This document shows positions 13,230 through 25,020 of a DNA stretch of 64,000 bases, piece by piece. Position 1 is the first letter of the stretch. Every line of letters begins with the position of its first letter. The translations under genes and the position numbers were made by a program. The stretch is taken from contig NC_086098.1 in the NCBI RefSeq assembly GCF_963921235.1, forward strand, positions 236,778,001 to 236,842,000, in the 5' to 3' direction. This stretch comes from Mobula hypostoma (taxonomy: Eukaryota). The notes under the pieces were generated by a model that was given only the letters and a program-made list of their open reading frames with translations, was not told the origin of the DNA and ran no database searches.

Positions 13230-15197
13230 ATTCGCTCGGGCTTGATTCACATACGTACATCAAGTTGCTGGCTATTGATTACAGTTTGATGATCAACACC
13301 ATCATCTCCTCAGTACTAATCAACAACCTGTGCCTCTATGCCTCCCCCTGCAACTGTATCCTTGACTTCCTTCTTAGGAGATTGCAGCCAAAATGGACTG
13401 GTAATATCACCTCCTCCTTGCTGACAATCAACACTGGCACACCTCAAGGTTGCATGCTTAGCACACTGCTCTACTCTCTCTCTACACACAAGACTGTGTG
13501 GCTCGGCACAGCTCAAGCACCATCTATAAATTTGCTGGTGACACAACTGTTTTTGGCATAATCTCAGATGCCGATGACGAAGCATCGACTGGTTGAGTGA
13601 ACAACCTTGAACTCAACGCCAGCAAGACCAAGAAATTGATTGTGGACTTCAGGGAGGGAAAGACCAGGGAACACACACCAGCCCTCATTGAGGGGTCAGC
13701 AATGGAAAGGGTGAGCAGTTTCAAATTCCTGGACATCAATATCTCAAATGCTCTATCTTGGGCTTGACACATTGATGCAATCATGAAGAAGATAGACAAG
13801 CAGTGATATTTCATTAGGATTTTGAGGAGATTTGGAATGCCAACAAAGACACTCGCAAATTTCTGCAGATGTACTGTGGAGAGCATTCTAACTGGTATGG
13901 ACATTCCAATGCTCAGGACTGGATAAAACCACAGAGGATTGTAAACTCAGCCAGCTCCATCATGGTACAACCTCCCCGACATCGAGGACATCTTCAAGAA
14001 GAGATGCCCTATGAAGGTAGCATCCATCATTAAGAACCCTTCCCATCTGGGCCACACACTCTTCATCTATGAGGAGGTACAGTAGCCTAAAGACATACAC
14101 TCAATGTTTTAGAAACATAGAAAATCTACAGCACAATACAGGCCCTTCGGCCCACAAAGTTGTGCCGAACATGTCCCTACCTTGGAAATTACTAGGCTTA
14201 CCCATAGCCCTCTGTTTTTCTAAGCTCCATGTACCTATCCAAAAGAATCTTAAAAGACCCTATCGTATCCGCCTCCACCACCAATTCCGGCAGCTCATTC
14301 CACGCACTCACCACTCTCTGCGTAAAAAACTTACCCCTCACATCTCCTCTGTACCTACTGCCCAGCATCTTAAACCTGTGTCCTCTTGTGGCAACCAAGA
14401 CATCAGGATTGGAAAAAAAGATGAGAAGTCAGTGTAAGATGCTGATGGGAGGAGGAACTACAAGGTGATAGGTGATAGGTGAAACTGGGAGCGGGAAGGG
14501 GGTGAAGTAAAGAGTTGGGAAGTTGATTGGTGAAAAGGTTAAGGGCTGGAGAAGGGGGAATCTGATAGGAGAGGATAGAACACCATGGAAGAAAGGGAAG
14601 GGGGAGGAGAACCAGAGGGAGGTGATGGGCAGGTGAGAGAGGGAAATGGGAATGGGGAATGGTGAAGGAAAATGTGGAGGAGTAGGGAGCAATTACCGGA
14701 AGTTTGAGAAATCGATGTTCATGCCATCAGGTTGGAGGCTACCCAGATGGAATACAAGGTGTTGTTCTTTCAACCTGAGTGTGGTAAAGAACATCTTCTT
14801 CCCCCACGTCTTTAGACCCATGGGGGACGTCGACTCAGACCATGAGAGGCCTGCGTCGGGCATTTTCATGCCTTACAAGGTGCAGATTGGCAGTCTGTGT
14901 GGGGTGCCATTCCTCGCACAGACACTAGAGCAATGTGTGCTTAAGTGCCTTGCTCAAGGACACAAACACGCTGCCACAGCTGAGGCTCGAACTAGTGACC
15001 TTCAGATCACTAGACAAATGCCTAAACCACTTGGCCACGTGCCCATGACCCATGAACCCCCCCCTAATTCTTCTTTTACACTATTTATTTACTTTGTAAC
15101 TTTGAATAATGTTAAAGCTTTGCACTGCACCTTGTCACTAAACTACAAATGCAACGACATATGTCAGTAATGATAAATCTGATTCTGATTTGGATTC
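13230..15197 (+). mobile_element. Second Rex1-like LINE with nested CR1 3' end (~14110-14395), Penelope fragment (~14400-14780) and SINE
   Basis: NTGTPQGCMLS; the element resumes at ~15050 and ends with an ATTCTG tail. Confidence 0.75.
14791..15044 (-). mobile_element. tRNA-derived SINE (CORE-like)
   Basis: Minus strand shows A box TGGCCAAGTGG, B box GTTCGAGCC, then gtgtccttgagcaaggcacttaa core. Confidence 0.7.
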
Positions 15198-15224
15198 ATT
15201 CTCCTAAGTTACTACGAATAAAGA

Positions 15225-16060
15225 CCATAAGACCATGAGATATAGGAACAGAAGTAGGCCATTTGGCCCATCATGTCTACTCCGCCATTTCATCATGGCT
15301 GATCCATTTTCCCTCTTAGCCCCTATTTACAGCCTTCTCCCTAAAACCTTCATACCCTGTCTAATCAAGAATCTATCAACCTCTGCCTTAAATATACATA
15401 AAGACTTGTCCTCCACCGCCACCTGTGGCAACGAATTTCACAAATTCACTACTCTCTGGCTAAAAAAATACCTCCTAATCTCCATTCTAAAAGGACATCC
15501 CTCTATTCTGAGGCTGTGTCCTGTGGTTTTAGACTCACCCACCTTAGGAAACATCCTCTCCACATCCACTCTATCAAGGCCTTTCGACATTCCATAGATT
15601 TTAATGAGGTCACTCTGCATTCTTCTGAATTCCAGTGGGTAGAGGACCAGAGCCATCAAATGCTCATCATACACCAAACTTTTCAATCCTGGAATAATTT
15701 TCGTGAACCTCCTTTGAGCCTTCTCCAATGTCAGCACATCCTTTCTTAGATAGGGGCTCCAGAACCACTCACAACAGTGAGGTCTCACCAGTGCTTTATA
15801 AAGCCTTAACATTACATCCTTGCTTTTATATTCAAGTCCTCTCAAAATGAATACTAACATTGCATTTGCCTTCCTCGCCATCGACTCAACCTGTAAATTA
15901 CACTTTAGGGAATCCTGCACGAGGATTCCCAAGTCCCTTTGCAGCACAGAATTTTGAATTTTCTCTCCATTTTATAAAATAGTCTATGTTTTTATTTTTT
16001 CTACCAAAGCGCATGACCATACACTTCCCACACATCTGCACTTCTTTGCCCATTCTCCTA
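15225..16060 (-). mobile_element. CR1 LINE 3' fragment
   Basis: QRDLG...LYKALVRPH...FFSQRVVNL. Confidence 0.85.
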
Positions 16061-16062
16061 AT

Positions 16063-17150
16063 CCAGTGGTCCCCAAACACCGGGCCGCAAAGCATGCGCT
16101 ACTGGGCCGTGAGGAAACGATATGATTTGGTGATAGGAGTCAGCTGCACCTTTCCTCATTCCTTGTCATGCCCACTGTTGAGCTTAAACGCACGCGAGGT
16201 CATTACCCACGTGTCATCCATGTCAACTCCTCCAGCTTGCAAGTGACAGCGGGCTGAAAAGTATGTTTGGCATAACATCTCTGCCGGCATTCTGGATCAA
16301 AGTCAAGGCTGAATATCCTGAGATAGCCACGAAAGCACTGAAAATGCTGCTTCCATTTCCAACATCATATCCCTGCAATGAATGCAATGAAAACTAAATT
16401 GCGGAATAGACTGGAAATAAGGAACCCCGTTCGAGGATCGCTGTCTCCCATCACCCCTCGATAGGACCGTCTTGTTGCAGGGAAACAAGCCCAGGGCTCC
16501 CACTGATTCAGCGATATTGGTGTGTTGCAATGATTTTATATGTTCATACAGGGAAAATATGTGCTGTGTGTTTAATATCCAAACGTTACTTAAAATGTTA
16601 TGATGCTATTGACTTACTTATATAACCATATAACAATTACAGCACGGAAACAGGCCATCTCGGCCCTTCTAGTCCATGCCAAACGCTACTCTCACCTAGT
16701 CCCACCGACCTGCACTCAGCCCATAACCCTCCATTCCTTTCCTGTCCATATATCTATCCAATTTTTCCTTAAATGATAATATCGAACCTGCCTCTACCAC
16801 TTCTACTGGAAGTTCTTTCAACACTTACTTCAAGCTCCCCTGTCCTCCCCGATAATTGACTTATCACTATATTCATGCGAGGAAAATATGCGCTGTGTGT
16901 TTAATATTAAATTCGTTAGATAAACCCTTTTAGAAATTAAATTGAGTGTATTAGCATTTTATCACCTATATTCCGGTCGTGATTAACACCCCCTGCCCCC
17001 CGACAGAATCACCAAAAACGATTTGTAGAGAAAAATTGGCATGTACGCACATGCACACTGGTGCCCGCGCAAGGCTTCATGGTCATTGTAGTCTTTCTCA
17101 GGGTAAACCCAATGTATTAGACTGCTACTCTTGTCCGTCGACAACCCTAC
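16063..17150 (+). mobile_element. hAT (Charlie/Buster-like) non-autonomous DNA transposon remnant
   Basis: Terminus cagtggtccccaa; transposase C-terminal remnant EYPEIATKALKMLLPFPTSY...KTKLRNRL...KQAQGSH*. Confidence 0.75.
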
Positions 17151-17164
17151 CACCCCCACCCCCC

Positions 17165-17905
17165 CCACACCTGCCCCTACACTTCCTTCCTCATTACCAT
17201 TCAAGACCTTAAACAGTCCTTCCAGGTGAGGCGGCACTTCACCTGTGAGTCTATTGGGGTCATATACTGTGTCTGATGCTCCTGGTAAGGCCTCCTGTAT
17301 ATTGGTGAGATCTGACGTAGATTGGGAGATCACTTTGCTGAGCACTTATGCTCCGTCCGCCAGAAAAAAACGGGATCTCCCAGTGGCCACCCATTTTAAT
17401 TCCACTTTTCATTCTCATTCCGATATGTCTATCCATGGCCTCCTCCACTGTCGTGATGAGGTCACACTTAGGTTGGATGAACAACACTTTATATTCCGTC
17501 TGGGTAGGCTCCAATCTGATGGCATGAACATCGATTTCTCGAACTTACGGTAATGCCCGCCACACCCCTCCCCCGCTTCACTACCTTTCATTTCTTTTTC
17601 CCTTCTCTCACCTTATCTCCTTGCCTGTCCATCACCTTCCTCTGGTGCTCCTCTCCCCTTTTTGTTCTTCCATGGCCTACTGTCTCTTTCACCAGTCAAC
17701 TTCTTAGCTCTTTACTCCCCCTTCAGGTTTCACTTATCACCTTGTGTTTTTCTCTCTCCCCTCCCCCTACCTTTTAAATCTACTCCTCAGCTTTTTCTCT
17801 CCAGTCCTGCCAAAGTGTCTTGGCCTGAAACGTTGACTGTACGCTTTTCCACAGATGCTGCCTGGTCTGCTGAGTTCCTCCAGCATTTTTTTGTGTGTTA
17901 CTAAT
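17165..17905 (+). mobile_element. Penelope-like element, GIY-YIG endonuclease end plus 3' tail; others at ~34209-34766(+), ~49530-50030(-), ~63520-64000(-)
   Basis: FTCESIGVIYC...[16 protein letters not shown] and RLDEQHFIFRLGRLQSDGMNIDFS. Confidence 0.82.
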
Positions 17906-18367
17906 TCTGAAGTATGTTGGCTTTTAACATGAAGATTATATTGCTATTAATACTGGTATTATCTTAGTGTGCTTAATGATTGATAGTGTAAATAAGGAAT
18001 TTGAATATACACAATATTATCAACTGATCATTAGTTGTATTCAACTAGTTAATTTATGTATAAAAATATTTTACACAGGAAAATTTCTTTGTTCAAACTT
18101 TAGTACAATTTGGTGCACAGTCCTCTTTGTGCACAAGTGAATAAAGTGTGAGTGAAGAGCAATTTTCCAGAGTCCAGTTAATTGGTGGCAACACAGGAAA
18201 TATCCTGGTAAATCTTTCTGCAGTCTTTCCAGGTTCTGATATCAGGGTGACCAAAACGGTACACAGTACTCCAAGTGTGGCAAGTGGTTGCTCTAGTCTT
18301 GTGAATGGACCGGACTCCATTGAGGCAGCCCATCCTAACTTCCCAATACCAGGAATTATTGGAGGAT

Positions 18368-19080
18368 AAGACCATAAAACATAGGGGCAGTATTAGGCCA
18401 TTCAGCCCATTGAGTCTGCTTCACCATTTCATCATGGCTGATTTATTATCCTTTTCAATGTCATTCTCCTGCCTTCTACCCATAACTTTTGGTGCCCTTA
18501 TTAATCAAGAACCTAATCAACCTCTGCTTTAAATATTCCCAAAGACTTGGCCTCCACAGCCATTCATGGTAATGAATTTCACAGATTCACCACTCTGTGG
18601 CTAAAGAAATTCCTTCTCATCTCTGTTCTAAAGAGATGTCCCTCTATTGTTCATCTATAGAGGGTTGTCCCTTCTAGTCCTAGACCCTCCCACTGTTGGC
18701 AACATCCTCTCCACGCCCACTTATCTAGGCTTTTCGATATTCGATAGGTTTCAATGAGATTCCCCCCCTCCCCCACCAAACTCCAGTGGGTACAGGCTCA
18801 GAGCCATCAAATGCTCCTCACCCATTAACCCTTTCATCATTGGAATAATTCTCGTAAACCTCCTCTGGACTCTCTCCAATGCCAACACACCTTTTCTTAG
18901 ATAAGGGGCTCAAAACTGCTCATAATACTCTGAATGAGGCCTTAATAATGCCTTATAACGCCTCAGCATTACATCTTTCCTTTAATATTCTAGTCCTCTT
19001 GAAATGAATGCTAACATTATATTTGCCTTCCTTACCACCGTCTCAACCTGCAAATGATTCTTTACAGAATCCTAGATGGG
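18368..19080 (-). mobile_element. CR1 LINE 3' fragment
   Basis: Same family as 15225-16060 and 27720-28650. Confidence 0.8.
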
Positions 19081-20432
19081 GTTTCCCAGGATCAATTGGA
19101 CAAACCCTCTCCATCAACTACAACACCTCATAAAATGTGCTTTCAGTACCGATAGAGTCTCTTTGAGTATACACCTCTGTAGTCCGGGGAAGACGACAGT
19201 GGTCGAACCAGCAAAAGGCTAAAGCTCCCCCCCTGTGCGCGCCCCCCGCCCCCAGCTTGATAACAGGTCTGCACTCAGGGCTCAGTGATAAGCCTTCACC
19301 TCTAAGGCAGAAAGTTACCCTCCCCACGACACACAGATTCAGGCTGATACTCCTCAGTGCAGTACCAAGGGTCTGGCACATTGTAAATGCTGTAGCAGTA
19401 TGATAAATCTGTGTCATTAAAGGGCAGGAGTGAGGAAGCACTACACAGACGTTGGGACAGTAATTAGGGAGTGATACTCCATAGAACAGGCAGTACTGTT
19501 AGAATTGAGATTGCTTCATTATTGTCACATCCACTGAGCTACAGTGAAAAACTTATCTTACAAACTGTTCATACAGATCAGATCATTACACAGTGCAATG
19601 AGGTAGAGCAAGGGGAAACAATAACAGAATGCGGAGAAAGTGCAGTGCAGATAGATTAGATTAGATTAGATTAGATCATGAGGACACTCAGTCCTCGTTT
19701 ATTGTCATTTAGAAATGCATGCATTAAAAATGATACAATGTTCTTCCAGTATATCACAGAAACACAAGGCAGACCAAGACTAAAACTGACAAAAAACACA
19801 TAATTATAACATATAGTTACAACAGTGCAAAGCAATACGGAAATTTGATAAGAGCAGACCATGGGCACAGTAAAAAAAAAGTCTCAAAGTCCTGATAGCC
19901 CCAACATCTCACGCAGACAGTAGAAGGGAGAAACTCACCCTGCCATGAGCTTCCAGCGCCGCAAACTTGTTGATGCAGCATCCTGGAAGCACCCGACCAC
20001 AGTCCAACTCTGAGTCCGTCTGAAAACTTTGAGCCTCCAACCAGCCCTCCGACACCAAGCACCATCTCTGCCGAGTGCTTTGACCCTGGTCCCAGCCGCC
20101 AAGCAACAGGCAAAGCCGAGGATTCGGGGCTTTACCTTCTGGAGATTTCAGATCACACAGTAGCGGTGGCAGCGAAACAAGCATTTCAGAAATTTCACCA
20201 GATAGATAATAAGAAGCAAGGTCTAAGGCAGACTGTGAGGTCAAGAGTCTATCTTATCATAGTAGGGAACCATTCAAGAGTCTTTTAACAGTGGGGCAGA
20301 GACTGTTGTTGAGACTGGTTGTATGAACTTTTAGAATTTTGTACCTTCTGCCCAAAGGGATGGTGAAGAAGAGAGAATGTCTGGGGTGGGTGGGGCCTTT
20401 GATTATGCTGGCTGGTTTATTGAGGCGAGATG

Positions 20433-22122
20433 TAGAAACATAGAAACTCTACAGCACAATACAGGCCCTTCAGCCCACAAAGTTTTGCTGAACATGTCCC
20501 TACCTTAGAAATTACTAGGGTTACCCATAGCCCGATACTTTTCTAAGCTCCATATACCTATCCAAAAGTATCTTAAAAGACCCTATTGTATCTGCCTCCA
20601 CCACTGTTGCCGGGAAACCATTCCACGCACTCACCACTCTCTTCATAAAAAACTTACCCCTGTCATCTCCTCTGTACCTGCTCCCAAGCACCTTAAACCT
20701 GCACCCTCTTGTGGCAGCCATTTCAGCCCTGGGAAAAAGCCTCTGACTATCCACACGATCAATGCCTCTCATCATCTTATACACCACTATCAGGTCACCT
20801 CTCATCCTCCGTCGCTCCAAGGAGAAAAGGCAGAATACACTCAACCTGTCTTCATAAGGCATGCTCCCCAATCCAGGCAACATCTTTGTAAGTCTCTTCT
20901 GCAGCCTTTCAATGATTTCCACATCCTTCCTGTAGTGAGGAAACCAGAACTGAGCACAGTACATGAAATAGGGTCTGACCAGGGTCCTATATAGCTGCAA
21001 CATTACCTCTCAGCTCCTAAATTCAATTCCACGATTGATGAAGGCCAATACATCGTATGCCTTCTTAACCGCAGAGTCAACCTGCGCAGCTGCTTTGAGC
21101 GTCCTCTGGACTCGGACCCCAAGATCCCTCTGATCCTCCACACTGCCAAGAGTCTTACCATTAATACTATATTCTGCCATCATATTTGACCTACCAAAAT
21201 GAACCACCTCACACTTAACTGGGTTGAACTCTATCTGCCACTTCTCAGCCCAGTTTTGCATCCTATCAATGTCCCGTTGTAACCTCTGACAGCCCTCCAC
21301 ACTACCCACAACACCCCCAACTTTTGTATCATCAGCAAACTTACTAGCCCATCCCTCCACTTCCTCACCCAGGTCATTTATGAAAATCAAGAAGAGTAAG
21401 GGTCCCAGAACAGATCCCTGAGGCACACCACTGGTCACCAACTCCATGCAGAGTATGACCGGTCTACAACCACTCTTTACCTTCTGTAGGCAAGTCAGTT
21501 CTGGATCCACAAAGCAATGTCTCCTTGGATCCCATGCCTCCTTACTTTCTGAAGAAGCCTTGCACGGGGTACCTTATCAAATGCCTTGCTGAAATCCATA
21601 TACACTACATCTACTGCTCTTCCTTCATCAATGTGTTTAGGCACACCCTCAGAAAGTTCAATCAGGCACCACCTGCCCTTGACAAAGCCATGCTGACTAT
21701 TCCTAATCATATTATACCTCTCCAAATGTTCATAAATCCTGCCTCTCAGGATCTTCTCCATCAACTTACCAACCACTGAAGTAAGACTATAATTTCCTGG
21801 GCTATCTCTACTCCCTTTCTTGAATAAGAGAACAACATCCGCATCCTTCCAATCCTCTGGAACCTCTCCCATCCCCATTGATGATGCAAAGATCATCGCC
21901 AGAGGCTCAGCAATCTCCTCCCTCACCTCCCACAGTAGCCTGGGGTACACCTCATCCGGTCCCGGTGACTTATCCAGCTTGTTGCTTTTCAAAAGCTCCA
22001 GCATATCCTCTTTTTTAATATCTACATGCTCATGCTTTTCAGTCCACTGCAAGTCATCACTACAATCACCAAGATCCTTTTCCATAGTGAATACTGAAGT
22101 AAAGTATTCATTAAGTACCTCT
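20433..22122 (-). mobile_element. Relatively young CR1 LINE (RT domain to 3' end)
   Basis: [44 protein letters not shown]; same subfamily as 30181-33270. Confidence 0.93.
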
Positions 22123-22365
22123 GTAGAGGGAGGCTGGTTTCCATCATGGGCAGAGCACTTGCTTTTCTAAATTGTGATGCTTCCAAATAGAATACTTTAT
22201 ATGGTGCACCAATAAATTTTGGTGAGGGTTGATGGGCATAGCTGATTTTATTTACCCTCCTGTGGAAAGGTAGCAGCGTATAAGGGATAGCACTGAGTTG
22301 CTGGAGGGTCTATATTCCCCTGTGAAACATGGCGCTTTTCAGACAAAGTGCCAGATCAGAACATG

Positions 22366-23880
22366 AAAAAGATTGTGAACCCTATGAAATTATCTGGTTT
22401 TCTGCATTAATTACTCATAAAATGCAGTTTAATCTTAACCTAAATCACAATAATAGACAAAAAAAATCAGCCTAAACTAATAGCATGCAAACAATTGTAC
22501 TCTTCTTGTCAATACTGAGTACAGTACACCATTTAAACAATCACAGTCTAGATACACAAAAGTATGCGCCTTCTATAAAGAGGTAGATGTTCCAATCAAT
22601 GAAATGAGATTGGAGTTGTGGGTTGTAGAGGTGCTCTACCCTTTAAAAAAGACACACAAAGTCAGGCTGCTGACAGAGCCTGCTCTCCTCAATAAAGATC
22701 TGTTTATGTGCACCATGCCTCGATCAAAACAACTTTCAGAAGATCTTAGAAGAAGGATTGTAGAGCTGCATCAAGCTGGAAAAGGCTACAAAGCATTTCT
22801 AAAGACCTGAGTGTTCATCAGTCCACAGTAAGAGAAATTGTCTACAAATGGAGGAAATTCAGTACTGTTGCTCCTCTCCCTAGGAGTGAGTGTCCTACAA
22901 AGATCACACCAAGAGCACAACATGTAATGCTTAAGGAGGCGATAAAAAACCCAAGGTTACAGCAAAACACCTGCATAAATCTCTAGAACTTGCTAAGGTC
23001 TCTGTTCATGTGTCTGCTACAAGAAAAACACTGAACAAGAATGGTGTTCATGGAAAGACACCATGGAGGAAACCACTGCTCTCCAAAAAAAAGCATTGCT
23101 GCTCGTCTCAAGTTTGTGGACAGATGAGACAAAAGTTAAACTTTTTGGTAGAAATGCACACCACTATGTTTGGAGAAAAAGAGGCACTGCACACCAACAT
23201 CAAAACCTCATCTCACCAGTGAAGCATGATGGAAGGAGCATTATGGCTGGGGCTGCTTTTCTTCCTCAGAACATGGACAGCCTGCAATTGTGGAGGGAAC
23301 AATGAATTCCAAATTGTATCAAGATACTTTATAGGAAAATATCAAGGTAATGGTCCGTCACCTGAAACTTAATAGAAGTTGGATGATGCGACAAAACAAT
23401 GATCCGAAACGCAAGAGTAAATCAACAACAGAATGGTTTAAAAATAAGAAAATTTGTGTTTTGGAATGGCCAAGTCAGAGTCCAGACCTTAACCCAATTG
23501 AGATGCTGTGGCATGACCTGAAGAGCGCTGTTCATGCAGATATCCCAGAAATACTGATGAACTGAAACAGTTTTGTATGGGGGAATAGTCTAAAATTCCT
23601 TTCCAGCATTATGCAAGTCTGATCAGCAGCTACAGGAAATGTTTGGTGGAGGTTATTGCTGCTAAAGGAAGTTCTATTAGTTATTAAGGGTTCACATACT
23701 TCTTCCAGATGGACTGTGAATGATTAAACAACGTGTTCAATAAATACATGAAAAGTACAATTATTTGTGTTATTAGTTTAGGCAGATTGTGTTTGTCTAT
23801 TATTATGACAGATCCCCATTTTATGAGTAAGTAATGCAGAAAACCAGGTAATTTCAAAGGGTTCAAAAACTTCTTGCAAT
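22366..23880 (+). mobile_element. Tc1-like DNA transposon, degenerate transposase ~22715-23687
   Basis: ~200-bp inverted terminal repeats; MPRSKQLSEDLRRRIV paired-like HTH; WTDETK, QNNDPK, WPSQSPDLNPIE catalytic motifs; frameshifted. Confidence 0.92.
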
Positions 23881-24599
23881 TTTATATGTATTTTTTTGAT
23901 TTCTCAAGATACCCAAAGAAGAATATGGAATTGTGTGACTATATCCAAATCAACTTCTCTACACAAGTTTATCTGCTTCTTATCAGAATGCTGTTTCAAG
24001 ATTCAAGATTTAATGTCATTTCCAGTACACAAGTGTAAAGGAAATGAAGTATTTGTTACTCCAGATCCAATGCAGCACAAAATAAAACAAGACTGGAACA
24101 CCATTAATAAAAAAAACTATAAATTTGTAAGATAGCTTAGATTCATAGATTGATTGTATGCCCATAAAGTGACGCTAGGCACAGGAGTGTCTGCACATAA
24201 GGTGACGAACAGGAAATGAGAAAGTAGTGAGTGGGATCTTGCTGTGCACAGAGGGGTGGGTTTTCTACAACAGCTGCTGAACACTGACGTCCTTCCCTGA
24301 CCCCGATAGTCCCTGGGTTTATCCAGAAAAGATGGGCTGAGTGGAGGAAAATCTTTCAGCTCTCTAATAAATTTACGCTTCCTCAAATCTACGTGAGGTG
24401 GAGGGAGGCGGTGTGATGTTAGTAAGGGCCGAGTGTATCCCCATGTTCCAGTGACGGGCACAACTCACCCGGTAGGGGGCAGATATGAGTCCCTCCCAGG
24501 GGTAGTCGAGGTACTGGGACGTATCTAACTAGATGTGAGCCCATTACAGTATTGGGCGAGGTAGGGACAAATCTAGTCGGTGGCAGCTGTGAGCTCTTA

Positions 24600-25020
24600 T
24601 CTCAGAGGAGGGCGAGCTACTGGGGTCAATTCTGCTCAGCAGGACAGAAGAAACGTGACAAAACGGGCAGGCAAACCTAACCCGCCGTCCCTCCATCCGC
24701 ATGCTCCCCACCCGCCCGCGGGTCACAGGCGACCGCACCCCTGCCACTGCGGCGTTGCGTGTGCGGGAGGAGCGGCGGCCGCTCCCGACGCACGGAAACG
24801 TCGCGGGGGCGGTGAGGGTGTGAGTGTGTGAGAGAGGAAGGCACTGGCAGCATACACACACAGCAGCGGCTCCTAGCACCGGCAAGATGCTGAACCTGGA
24901 GCTCTTGCTCCTGGGTCACCTCCTGATCTTGGGCTCGGCCGAGAGGGTCCCACGGCTGAAATTCGCCCCCACAGGTACACCAGCAGCGCCTCAGCATCCC
25001 GCAGCCGCCCGTCTAGGTGC
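24600..25020 (+). promoter_or_regulatory. CpG-rich promoter/5' region of the semaphorin gene
   Basis: Local high GC and CpG density with GC boxes (cccgcc) directly upstream of exon 1, in an otherwise CpG-poor background. Confidence 0.65.
24887..24974 (+). CDS. SEMA7A: Sema7-like exon 1 (signal peptide [18 protein letters not shown]...PRLKFAPT)
   Basis: ATG in aagATGc context within a CpG-rich region; hydrophobic leader; donor CAG|gtacac, phase 1. Confidence 0.85.

Noticed and set aside
14960-15044. tRNA-like A/B boxes
   Set aside because: Head of a SINE; no complete cloverleaf
19648-19676. (GATTA)n run
   Set aside because: Simple repeat tail of a LINE/SINE
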